DNA of 64,000 nt from Orbicella franksi (Eukaryota). The stretch's first letter is position 1. The number at the start of each line of letters is the position of its first letter. This document shows, piece by piece, positions 21,001-32,100 of this stretch. The notes below the pieces were generated by a model. The model saw only the letters and a list, made by a program, of their open reading frames with translations. It was not told where the DNA came from and searched no databases. The translations under genes were made by a program, and so were the position numbers. The DNA is taken from contig OZ116709.1 of NCBI GenBank assembly GCA_964199315.1, positions 26,598,001 through 26,662,000 of the forward strand. The letters are read 5' to 3'.

Positions 21001-24000
21001 ATTATTATCTTTTTGGTGTTTTTCTATCTTGGCAAACTACTTTTTTCAGGTTTCCTTCAATTTAACGGACAATTTTCCGCATTGTCAACATAACCCAAAA
21101 TACCATGACTGAGTTCCTTTTCCCCGTGCAACGACCATTTGTCCCGCAGAGTCTCAGCTCAGGTGTAAGAGAAGTCTTGCTATCAAGTCCCGGCCAAACG
21201 ATCGCAACATGTCAACGCAACATATCGCAACATCGTTGGGCGCAACATGTTGAGTGTTATTGGCTCAAATTTGACCATTTTCAAACTTGAGCCAACAACA
21301 CCCAACATGTCGCAACACGTCGCCACAGGGTGGCCAAACGCGCGCAACATGTTGCACCCAACAATGTCGCGATATGTTGCGATCGTTTAGCCCGGGCTTT
21401 AAAGTGAAAGACGATCACCCAGCGACAAAGCGAAGTTCTAACAGCAGGGACGTTTAATAATATCGCACCAACATTTTGAACAGTAAATTTGAACAACTTT
21501 GTACCGCCTTTATCAGTCTTGCTTTATTTATTTGCACTGACTCTTTTAGGACCCAGAGTGCATGTCCTGAAGTGCGGTACCGCTGGTAACCCGCTATGGG
21601 AGACCGTTATAATGAGCCCTGGTATAGCCCTGGCTGGTAATCGGTGAGTGTCTGTGACGTGCATTAGGCTTTCCGTGAGTACGGATTTCACGCAATATCA
21701 ACAATTTTTCGTATTTTTCAAATAAACAAAAAATCACCCCCATAGTTAATCTATGCATGCCAGCATACATTTCTTTGTAAGAAATTGCAAGTTAGGACTC
21801 CCATATTCTTATGAGTTTGCAACGAATTGTAATGAAAATTCACTTATTTCCTAAATTGAAGCAGTGCGGTTTATTTTTTGTTTGAATGAAGAAATCGGAA
21901 AAGCGTGACATCGCTAAAAAGGTCCATATATTATTTATCTTTATTAATATAACTAAAATAAAATGTCCGAATGATGGAAAAATTCCGCCATTATTGGATA
22001 GCCGTCTATGGTATAATGTCTGCCATGTTCATACATTTTTTGCCATTGTGTTTTATTTTGAAGGCAAGTGATCTGTGTTGCTTGTGAGAACAGAAGTATC
22101 GACATGTTTTCATCCACTGGACGAAAGTAAGTAACCAACTACTGCTTTTATTCGGGTCGTACAGTTCTGTTTTGAAACATCGTCAAGTATAAGCATGGAA
22201 AAACCAGTCGAACCTCCCAAGTTGTCGCTTGCTGGGGTGGATCTCGGATTTTTCACAACGGGGCTGGGGGGGGGGGGGGTGGGGGGGGGAGGTGGCTGGT
22301 CATTTGGGATTGCAGAATCAATGAGGTATGTTCCCAAAATGTTGCAATTCGAGAATTGGAACTTAATTGAAAACCGTTTCACTAGAAATACTAGCAATGC
22401 CACAAAGTAGAAATCACAATGACGTACTTGTTCAGAGAGTTTGCCTTTAGTTCTGCCATAATATTCACAACCTTTTTTAAATATTTTTTTTCTTTTGTTT
22501 GAACTGATCGAGTCATGCGCGAATCCTTTCAGTAACAAACAAAAAATAATTCCTGATTTGAATAAAAATATTTACAGAGTCTGCTCTGAAAAACTGAAGA
22601 TATTTTAAATAGGTGACAAACTACCTATTTGAAGATAGCAGTTTTCCAATTGTGTCATCCGAGTGACATGCTTGCTTTAGTGACACCTTGATGTCTGTTT
22701 TTGAGTAGAATCCTGCCATCCATGGTGTTAGACTCGCCAGCCTCCATTCTGCAGTGCAGTCGTCATTACGTCATGGTCGTCACCTCCTCTGGAGGAGTGT
22801 TCGTTTGGTGAGTATTACATGAAGATCTCTTTGTAAAACCTTCTGCTCCCTAGAAGATTTCCTGCGTTTATATATAACAGTTGTCAGCAAATATCAGATA
22901 ACCGTTTCCCTTGAAGTTTTTAATCTATTTGTTATTGTTATTTTTCGGAATGAATAGGCGAGGAAAACACAAATTGTGTTTTGTGTTGTAGATTATGAGT
23001 AGTCCCTCTTTCGCCTAGTCCGTCGCGCGTCACGCGAAAGAGACGGCAAGAAAAAAATGGCCGCGTGAAATCGCGCGGCCATATACGGTTGCGCTCGACG
23101 GACTAAGCGAAAGAGGGACTACTCGTAATCTGTTTGTGTTGTCGTTCATATGCTGTTGGAAAAGAAGACTTGTTTTCACGACGCTACATTTCAATGACAT
23201 TTACTTTCAAATAGGGACACGAAGAGGGTCGCTGCTGTGCTGAAAAACGAGCCAGTTCTTCCACTCTTATCGGGTAAGTTCTGACTTTACAAAATCGACT
23301 TTTTTTGGTTAGAGCACTCTTATATTGGTCACTGGAACTTCTGCGAGGTTTTTGTCTTGTATTTTTCCTTCATAAATTGAAGTGAAATCAAAAGAATAGT
23401 GATAATGTCAGTAAATATTTTTAGCTCGCAAACTGACTTGCGTATTTGTTCGTGCTTTCTGCTTATCCAGGTCCTGATATCACCATCACCCGAGCCTCAA
23501 TATCAGAACGCGGGTTTCCCATCATCACTTTGTCCAATCATGCTTCGTACTCCTTTGACACATCCGTCGGGGCCTGGTGAGGAACACATTATGACTAAAA
23601 GGTTTTAGGCCCCGCGCAAAGAGTGAGATTTAAAAGTGTTATTTTGACTGAAGCATACTTAACAAATTGACGTCAGTTTTTTATGCGTCTGTCCTCTTAT
23701 TGATGATAAACTGCCTCATAACATTGTCAAAGTGGCCGTGGAACCACGAGCCGTAGGCGAGTGGTTCCGCAGTAAACTTTGACAATGTTATGACCAAATT
23801 TATCATCAATAAGAGGACAGACGCATAAAAAACTGACGTCAATTTGTTTTTTTTACAATAACAAGACCCCAAAATGGTCAAATACCGGGAATAAATGAGG
23901 TGAAAAGACGCCGTAAACTTGTCGTAAACAAAGATAAGTGAATTATATTCAAAATGACGCGAATACTGTCAATAGCTTTTCTCGCTTTTTGATTGGCTAC

Positions 24001-27000
24001 TTAAAAAAGTCAATAATATCTCATTGGTTAAAAAGTTGACAGTTTGACAGCTGAAAGTTGAACTTGTAAGCTTGCATAAAGTAAACTTTTATCCGTCTGT
24101 ACTCTTATTGATGATAAAAATGAGCCAATCAGCGCGCGAAAAATTAGACAGTTATTGTAAAAATTGTTTATGGCCAATCTACTACTGCTGTGCCAGCTCC
24201 TCTCTAGCTTTTGGAGTCCGAGGCTTGCTTGTAAGTTCTGTCAAAGGAGCTCAGTCACGTTATTTTGAGTTATTTTGGCCACGTACTAAATTACTTTTAA
24301 ATTGAAGGAAGCCTGAAAATAATAGCTTACCAAGATAGAAAAACACTAAAGAGTTAGTGTAATAATTTAACAAAGGAACAAGGACGCCTAAGAATGGAGA
24401 AGATTAACACGGATTACAAACGACGAACTTGGAGAATTTGGGCCAAACTTTTCAAGATGCGCAAGGCGTGACGTAGCTCCTTTAATATGCTTCTTCGCGT
24501 CCCTCGCAGGGTACAGCTAATCTATGCTGAAGACCTCTTGGCCATCAACTCCGACCATCAATCTGTAGCACCATCCCAAGATCCTCTACAGGCAAAGGGA
24601 CCTCTTGCCCAGCTCCAAGGGCAGAATTCCAGGTTGGTAAAAGCCTTGTGCACGGTGTTGCTTATCACAGTAATATTAAACTAATCAGTTGTGTTTGATT
24701 GTAATTTATCTTAAATAGATGCTTACGTAGCTTATAGATTTCTGACAAATTTTTCATTTGAATTATCCAGGTTGTAGCTCTTGGAATTAGCTGGGAAGCT
24801 TTGTGCTTATGTCCCTTAGGTCTTAATTAAATAATGCAAAAACAAACTGAAAGTAAACAAAAAAATGTTGATACCATGCTGAAATAGCTGAAAAGCTGGG
24901 GACATTTACTACAGTAGAGGCTTCGCTATCTCGAACTTGGTTACCGCAAATTCCTTTCTCTTATTATACTTTTCAATCATTAACAGTTTTTTACATCTCC
25001 AACTCTCTTGAACTTTTCGTTTTTCGTGAGGGTTTGAGGTTTTGGGATACAACTGTAGACTACTCACGTGACAAGCGAAAAAGTTATTTCTTAGGTTCCG
25101 TCCACACTGCGCCCGAGGAGCTTGAAAACGCAGCTTTATTTCTACGGTCAGGCCTACCGTCCACACTAATCCGGCACGAAAACGCAGCTTTATTTCTCCG
25201 GTCAGGCCTACCGTCCACACTAATCCGTCACGAAAACGCAGCTTTATTTCTCCGGTCAGGCCTACCGTCCACACTAATCCGTCACGAAAACGCAGCTCCT
25301 TTCTCCGGTCAGGCCTACCGTCCACACTAATCCGTCACGAAAACGCAGCTCCTTTCTCCGGTCAGGCCTACCGTCCACACTTATCCGGCACGAAAACGCA
25401 GCTTTATTTCTCCGGTCAGGCCTACCGTCCACACTAATCCGTCACGAAAACGCAGCTTTATTTCTCCGGTCAGGCCTACCGTCCACACTAATCCGTCACG
25501 AAAACGCAGCTCCTTTCTCCGGTCAGGCCTACCGTCCACACTAATCCGTCACGAAAACGCAGCTCCTTTCTCCGGTCAGGCCTACCGTCCACACTAATCC
25601 GGCACGAAAACGCAGCTTTATTTCTCCGGTCAGGCCTACCGTCCACACTAATCCGTCACGAAAACGCAGCTTTATTTCTCCGGTCAGGCCTACCGTCCAC
25701 ACTAATCCGTCACGAAAACGCAGCTTTATTTCTCCGGTCAGGCCTACCGTCCACACTAATCCGGCACGAAAACGCAGCTTTATTTCTCCGGTCAGGCCTA
25801 CCGTCCACACTAATCCGTCACGAAAACGCAGCTCCTTTCTCCGGTCAGGCCTACCGTCCACACTAATCCGTCACGAAAACGCAGCTCCTTTCTCCGGTCA
25901 GGCCTACCGTCCACACTAATCCGTCACGAAAACGGAGGTTTTCGAAAACGCTGTTCAAACCGGAAGAATTTGAAAACGCCAGCAAGCGTTTTCGTGTGGA
26001 CGGAAAGCATTTTGAAAACGGAGCTTTTCGAAAGGATGGCGTCACGATAATCATGTGATTTCTCTGTCCGAGTTTTCCTCAAACGCAAACCTAAAATGAC
26101 CGCTGATTGTTGCGTTTTCAAACTCCCCGGCGTAGTGTGGACGGAAAACATTTGATACGTTTTCAGAGTGAAACCTCCGTTTTCAGCTTCATCCGGGGTA
26201 TTGTGGACGGGGCCTCAGAGTTTGCGCTGTGGATTATTTTTTGAACCTTGTCGTGTTGTGTTTTGCAGGTTCGGTCGTCAGTCCTCGAGAATGTTCCGCT
26301 CCAATCCAGGAAGACAACAGTCTGCGACTGCAGTTCACTTGGAGGTCAGTTACAAGCCGCTGCAGTTTTTGGACAGCTCTTTTTAGTATATTCTATATCG
26401 CTGTTAGGTTGTATATGTCGTACAAGAGCGTAAAAGCGTGCGCGACAACGTCCAAAGGTACCGCAAACTGCCGCTTACAAGCCCTGAGACCAAACAACTT
26501 CATAACGGGTTTTGAATGGACTTATAAACGGAGGAGGTTATATCATCTCCATAGAAGTATTACACAATGAATACGCCGTAAATCTGCAAATTAGGCTTCA
26601 AACAAGGGCTTGTACGTTAAATACACGCGTGGAACGTTTGTCTGTACCGTGCGATCAACCTCTTCAGATCACACTAAAACGTTTGTTTTAGAATGATATC
26701 GTGGTCGCAGTTGTTACTGTGGAACTTCTCTTTCAGGCGACTAAATAGTCTGAGAGTAGCGCGAAGAATCTTGTGTAAGCAAGTCATTCCAGTTAATCTT
26801 CTTTCTTTCCTTAGAACCAGTTGTCGTCATGCGTCGCATTGGGGTCTGGTAAAGAGTACTACTTCTGGCTGACAACGTACGTACGGTATCTTTCTCAAGC
26901 AGGTTAGTGGTGACTGTTTTTATTTTACAAATTACTGTCATATCCTTTTTTTGTTCTTCAAAATCGTCCCATCTTTGGAGTCTATTCATTCCTTCTTAGG

Positions 27001-28471
27001 TGCATTTGACTTGTCGGACTGGTCCTGTCAATGACTCTTCTTGTCTTCCTGCTCGTTCAACATCGTGAGCTTTCAGGACTTTTTCTGTTCAGTGATGTGT
27101 ACTTTTTTCCATTCAGGCTTTGAATCACGGTTAAGGGAAGTCTGTGAAGAGCTGCTTGGACCACCCCACAGGTAAAGTTGAATCCGTCGGAATCTCACAG
27201 GGACATAAAGAAACATACAACTTATTTTTGTTACAACGGTTCCAAGCTTTACAAGAGTGGTTTTCCTACTCTTGGCAGCGGTTATCTGTTTCCCGCGCTG
27301 ACTCACTAGGACGTGTTTCCCCGCGCTATGCGTCAGCTACATGTATTTGCTCTTAAGTTTTGATTGGTTCACTGGATTGTCTATCTCTGTGATTGGTTAG
27401 AGCGATTACTTTGGTTTTGGTTTCACGACACTCGATTCGAGAGCAAGTTCGTGAGTGTTTTCCGCCAGTTCGACTAATTCTTCCCTTTTTTTGGTGGAGA
27501 CAGATATTCCTCGAGCCTGCAGGTATTTCAGCTCTGGAACCATCCAGGTTTTAAAAATTTACTTCCTTTTCCGCCAAACCAGCCATAGCTTTCCATAACT
27601 TTCTTGTATTTTCGCGACAACTTTCGCCGCATTAGCCTCGCATTCATGCGAATGGGCCCACTCGTCCCAGGGCCATCGGGGAATACGAATATCGTCTATT
27701 GCCTGATTACTCTCGACAGTCAATTGAAACGCGCTCTATAAGTTACTGAAACGGTATGTTAAAAAACAAAGGGAGGTTGCCTTGAGCATTTCATTTGTGT
27801 GTCCTTAATGCGCTTTTCTTTTATTGTAGATCGGTAGGACCTCAGGATAAGAGCTCTAGTTGGAACCCATCTATACTGGTAATGGCAACGACAACAATCC
27901 TACCAAAACTACGAATTACCTTAATATAGGAAATTAATGCTGAATTTAGGTCGCATTAACTGTTAATTAAATGAAGCGTTAATTTCAATTAGCGTCTTAA
28001 TTATCGCGACAGTATTTTCCTTTATATTTTAATCTCTTGTGTCCTTCTAAATAGCTATTTTAAGTGGAATTCATTTCTATTTACAGGGATACCAGAAGAG
28101 AAACCTTTTACGCGAACTGTTACCTCATATTGGTAAGTCTTGACAGTTTTTCCGCGTAACGGTTCGTCATGAATTTCGCTGCCGGGTAGTCCTAAGTGGT
28201 AACATCCGTCTTGAAATGCATTAATTAGTTACGGTTTAGCGTGATAGCGCGCTCTCGTGTTAAAGTTTCGCGCCTGCTCTCGTCTGCGTTTCGCATTGGC
28301 TTTCGTGCGAACGAGCGAGCCGGAAACGAAAGAGCCTATTTGTAGTCTAGTAACGGCTAGCGAGCGATTTCTTATAACTTGTCCTTTTTTTGACTTTCAG
28401 GGACAAATATTCGTTTACAGAGACTCTTCACGGAATTCAGAGAACAGCTAGACGCGCTCAACGTGCGGTAA
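9078..28471 (+). CDS. HIRA: Histone H3.3 chaperone HIRA (WD40 repeats, ASF1-binding B-domain, C-terminal Hira domain), 32 exons, 1000 aa
   Basis: GT-AG exons: 9078-9114, 9668-9730, 10079-10189, 10730-10820, 10990-11084, 11256-11351, 13125-13453, 13829-13885, 14338-14388, 14628-14698, 15182-15287, 15453-15666, 16126-16196, 16815-16900, 17539-17647, 18356-18414, 19193-19413, 19665-19693, 20152-20265, 20597-20660, 21550-21643, 22064-22126, 22709-22807, 23215-23273, 23471-23576, 24510-24632, 26269-26344, 26815-26902, 27117-27171, 27830-27878, 28087-28132, 28401-28471. The sum is 3003 nt and all phases are compatible. Peptides [78 protein letters not shown] and [25 protein letters not shown] match HIRA. 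Exons in the low-complexity middle are less certain. Confidence 0.96.
14850..15085 (-). mobile_element. tRNA-head SINE with Nin/Deu-like central domain in HIRA intron 10
   Basis: The minus strand reads gggaggcatggcagtctcatggttagtgc...ccgggttggagccc (A/B boxes), then cactgcattgtgttctgaggccagacactttactctcgcagtgcctctttccacccagatgtaggaatgggtacc, which resembles the conserved Nin/Deu SINE core (recalled). Confidence 0.65.
17170..17412 (+). mobile_element. MITE family C (TIR taaaggagct), copy 1, HIRA intron 14
   Basis: TIR aagggagctcag...gctcctttaa. Similar to 24243-24484 and to the reverse complement of 20886-21065. Confidence 0.8.
18927..19186 (+). mobile_element. MITE family B, HIRA intron 16
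   Basis: TIR-like ends tagaacagttttca and tgaaaaccgcacta. The body accaatgtaatcactgtagccaatcacaaaggacacagacaatcc is shared with 3205-3410, about 27240-27440 and about 44700-44960. Confidence 0.75.
20886..21065 (-). mobile_element. MITE family C, copy 2 (inverted, truncated), HIRA intron 20
   Basis: The reverse complement aligns with copies 1 and 3 (aaggaaacctgaaaa...gatagaaaaacaccaaa...aaacgacgaacttg...ggctaaacttt). Confidence 0.8.
21186..21400. mobile_element. MITE with TIR (cc)cggccaaacgatcgcaaca and internal caacatgt repeats
   Basis: aagtcccggccaaacgatcgcaaca at the left end and tgttgcgatcgtttagcccgggctt at the right end. Confidence 0.75.
22991..23131. mobile_element. Palindromic MITE family D (agactacgagtagtccct TIR)
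   Basis: agattatgagtagtccctctttcgcctagtccgtcg...cgacggactaagcgaaagagggactactcgtaatct. A second copy is at about 47468-47702. Confidence 0.75.
23661..23848. mobile_element. Hairpin MITE with about 80-bp near-perfect arms
   Basis: aacaaattgacgtcagttttttatgcgtctgtcctcttattgatgataaa...tttatcatcaataagaggacagacgcataaaaaactgacgtcaatttgtt. Confidence 0.85.
24243..24484 (+). mobile_element. MITE family C, copy 3, HIRA intron 25
   Basis: aaaggagctcagtcacg...gtgacgtagctcctttaa, ending 25 nt before exon 26. Confidence 0.8.
25094..26214. mobile_element. PIF/Harbinger-like MITE with expanded internal minisatellite, HIRA intron 26
   Basis: TIRs gg(tt)ccgtccacac and gtggacggggcc, flanked by tta/tca (TWA-like target site). 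Internal gaaaacg repeats are typical of such MITEs. Confidence 0.75.
25124..25927. repeat. 53/54-bp minisatellite, 15 tandem units
   Basis: Unit gaaaacgcagctttatttctccggtcaggcctaccgtccacactaatccgtcac. Nine 54-bp units plus six 53-bp units give 804 bp. Confidence 0.95.
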
Positions 28472-28809
28472 AGTACTGATGTGTATTGTAAAATGAACTT
28501 TTTGAGGCCTACCTTACACTACAGTTGAATAGATAGCGTGGCGTATAACGAATGTCACGCACCACGTGGCTCACATCACGCGTCACGGAAGCCAGATGTC
28601 TGGAGGTCGATCACGTAGTTTCTCCCGCGACGTTGGTGACGTGTATCCGCTGATAAACAGCGTTGTGTACGTTTGGCTCACAAACAGGCGACAGAAAAAA
28701 AACATTGCTTAGGACAGACTTGGTTATTTGTCCTGCGGTTCCTTCGTTTGTCTCCTCTTTACGCTTGGACAAGGACTTGATAACTTTCCGTGCGCTGTTG
28801 AGGCGTGGT

Positions 28810-29160
28810 AATAGGGAGTTTACGAAACCACGACGGCGACGCCGAGGGCAACGTGGAATAAGAAATGAATTTATATTTTACCTGCGAATCTCGCGATACT
28901 CTAAAGTCATTTACTTTGTTTATCACTGTCAAAACTATCACGAAACTGAATCCTGAACACAGCGATAAATTTGAAATAAAAGTTTGAAAAATTAGCCGTC
29001 GGGGTTCACGTTCTCCAAACAACGCAAAATTTGGTCATTTCACGTTGTTGTCGTGCAGAGGACGGCAAAGAAATGTACCAAGAATTATAACGCACGTTCA
29101 CAGCCATTGTACTGCTCATTAATTATTTTGTACAGTGACATTCCCGTTGCTGTTGTCGTC
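28810..29160 (+). mobile_element. MITE-like repeat (atagggagtttacgaaaccacgacggcgacg...gttgctgttgtcgtc) downstream of HIRA
   Basis: The left terminus and body resemble an abundant coral non-autonomous element (recalled). The partial inverted end gttgtcgtc is present. Confidence 0.55.
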
Positions 29161-32100
29161 ACTATCACAGATATCACTATCTTTGATGCCACTGGCTTCT
29201 GGTTTGTTAGTTATTGCAAGCATATCTCTTCCTTGGTTTAAGAGTAGCCTGCTCATTACAAATATCTAATGTAGTATGCTGTATGGATATTCTAAAATAT
29301 GGATTTTTGTGAGCTATTACAGGCGTGAAACTACTTGTATAGAAGCTTTTCAACAAAGTTGGAAGGGATTTTAAACCGGCAAGCTTATGTCAGCTTGGAG
29401 CTGACCGGTACTAAAACGTATACAAAGTTCTGAAAAACGTTAAATGTCATTAAAAACTGTTTTAAAACTGCTGTTCTCAATTTTCACGCTGGGTTTGTCG
29501 AGATCGGTTTCTCGTTACAGTAGCAATCTTCACACATTCTTAGATTCAAAATCAGTCTTAAGGAACATTACGGAAACATTCTTTGAAATGTTGGAAGTGA
29601 ACGTTGTGGAACTTTTTACGATATGTTTTGGAGCTATTAACTTAGGTGGCAGAATGAAGTATTTGAGAGTTCTATAAATGAGTGAAAGAGCTTCTCTGTA
29701 ACTGGACTTTGATGAATGGATAACCGTAGGCGTGTCTAGAGGGGAGGGGGAGGGTGGGGGGGGGGGGGGGAGGGGAAGCGGGATGTATTATATGTAGCCA
29801 AAATAATCTATTTTTACACAAGACTGATTTGTCCGGCTACAACCAGTAGAGTAGGTTGGTAAAGGTGGGTAGGTTAGAATATTAGCTGGAATACCGCTTC
29901 TTGTGCAAAGGAAAACAAGTGTGGTTAAATTAAAACTTGTGAATAGTGCATTTTCAACATGTGCTAAGTTTGTGGTGTATGAGTTAGGAGTATTCGACTC
30001 CGTGTAGCTACAGTTGGTCTCGAAGCTTTATTGTTTCAAAAAATGTTTTTTACTTTAGTCAGTCTTCCTTGGCGTGTTTTCCCCATTTATTAGTTTTCCT
30101 TTCAGAAACAGTTCAGCGCTTTTGATTCAGTTTCTACGGCTCAATTGTTTCTACTTTTGTCGAACGAAATTTGTTATGCAGAAAAACGCCTGGTGACTTG
30201 CGTAACCAATGTGATAAAATCGTGTTGCGTGCGTGAAACAAGTTTTGAGATCGCAGATAACGTTGAAAGAGACAAATTGCCCAAATTTTAGCGCTGAGGT
30301 GTTTTTTCTATCTATGTTATTACAAAAAGAATATTTAGAAAATTCCGGCACTTGATATACATAAGCCATTTTGGTACATTACTTTGATACATTGAAATGA
30401 CGGCGATAACTTGGACACGACGTAAAACTGATTATGGAGGCTTTGGCTGCGGAGCTCTTAAGAGACCCCATTTAAATCACTTTGAAATTAACGACACAAA
30501 AATATTGTTTTTCGTGATATCGGAGAAACTACTGATACTGTCGACCCTCGTCGCATTTTTAAAAATGTTTTGTCTACAAAACAAAGTGCTCGACTCCAAT
30601 ATGGCGGCCATCTTAGTTTGAATAGCAATGCGAATGGAAGCGGGAGATTGCGGTTTTGCTCTCATTCTCTTGAGAAGAACTGTTTAGAGCGTGTGGGTTT
30701 TGATAACGATAAACCGCAATGACGTTTGCGCTGTTCAATTTTCCCCTTTTTTTTTCTGCGCGCATTATGACATTTTTCTTCACATGGGAACGTAGGCAAT
30801 TGGTGTGAGTTAATGACTGTTATTCATCTGTACTCTCCTTCATGGAAGATTTTTTCAGAGCTTTTGCTGTCTATTTTTTCGTGCGATTAAGTTTGCCTTC
30901 TATTCTTATTTCTCGATCTTCTTGTTTTACACCAAGCAATCGCCAAGTGTCTCAAAACAACAGCAACAACAACAAAAAATGGGAAATTGATGGTATAATA
31001 TATTCGAAATCCTTTAAAAGTATCATAATTTCAAGGTGTTTTTTTCCAATTTTGTTATGCTATAAAACTCTTAGTGATCAAATTTTATTTTTACTACAAC
31101 ATGATCTTCGTTGTATTGAAGGCAGTGGATGTGGTAGTCTGGTACATAAGGTGTGATAATTCTCATTACTTTCTCGGGCAGCTACAGCTATTAGCGAGAA
31201 TTTCCGATGGATTTTTACACAAATCGGCTTTTACATCTAGTAGCTGGAGAAAGTTTTTGTTTTGTGATAGTAAACCTTTCATATGGTATTGAAAAAAAGA
31301 GGAATTAAATTGGAATACGTAGCGATTATTCAGGTTAATTTTGTAGATCTTTAGGAAGAGTGAGCTATTGGTAGAAGTGCTTTCTGATTACAAGCGCTAA
31401 GCTTTGATCATTTCATAAATACTTTTATTCAGTCTTCAGATAGCTTAGTGCTTTGAATGTTAGAAACAGTGAAACTAACTCTTTAATGCCCGTGGAATTA
31501 GTTGGCTCAATTTACGCTCAAATCGTTTCGCGAGTTAATGCAAAATCTATTAACACTAGTTTCAGTTTCTTTTTTTCTTTTTGCGTAGCTAATGAAAGTT
31601 ATTTACCTTTCGGTGCCGCCAAAGCGAAAATAACCAGCGTGTCGAAAAGGTTATTCATTGGTAATTTTAACAACCCAATGGTTAAATTGGATACATTGTA
31701 AATTCTTCGTGGGAAATAATGCAACTATTCACGAATCTCCGAATCAACAAAACATTTGTAAACATTAGAGGCGTGTGTCTCACTATCGTTAGTTTACTTT
31801 GTATGTTTCTGTATGCCAATAAATTCAGGGCTGGAATTTCTTTTTTAGTGTCAAATGATGCTTACGATCGATTTTGTGGTCACAAAAAGTGTCGAGCGAC
31901 ATGATGCTCGGCAAGTCTTGTCAATAATTTTCTTGTTTTATTTTCGCTTATAACAACGATTTTTTTTTTCACCCTTATACATATGATAAATTTGCATGTA
32001 GTAATATCAAAATCTATCGACTCTTAACAAGCATGTTTTAACGCAGTAGTTAATGCCCTGGTTATGAGACTTGTGATTCCAGAGGAAAGCTTAAGTGTTA

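Noticed and set aside
25124-25927. CRISPR-like array, and ORFs with [18 protein letters not shown] repeats (24909-25325, 25541-25861 and others)
   Set aside because: The units are contiguous with no unique spacers, there are no cas genes and the context is a eukaryotic intron. The ORFs are translations of the minisatellite.
9115-28400. Minor-spliceosome (U12) introns in HIRA or the propeller gene
   Set aside because: All donors read are ordinary GT; none has the RTATCCTT signature.
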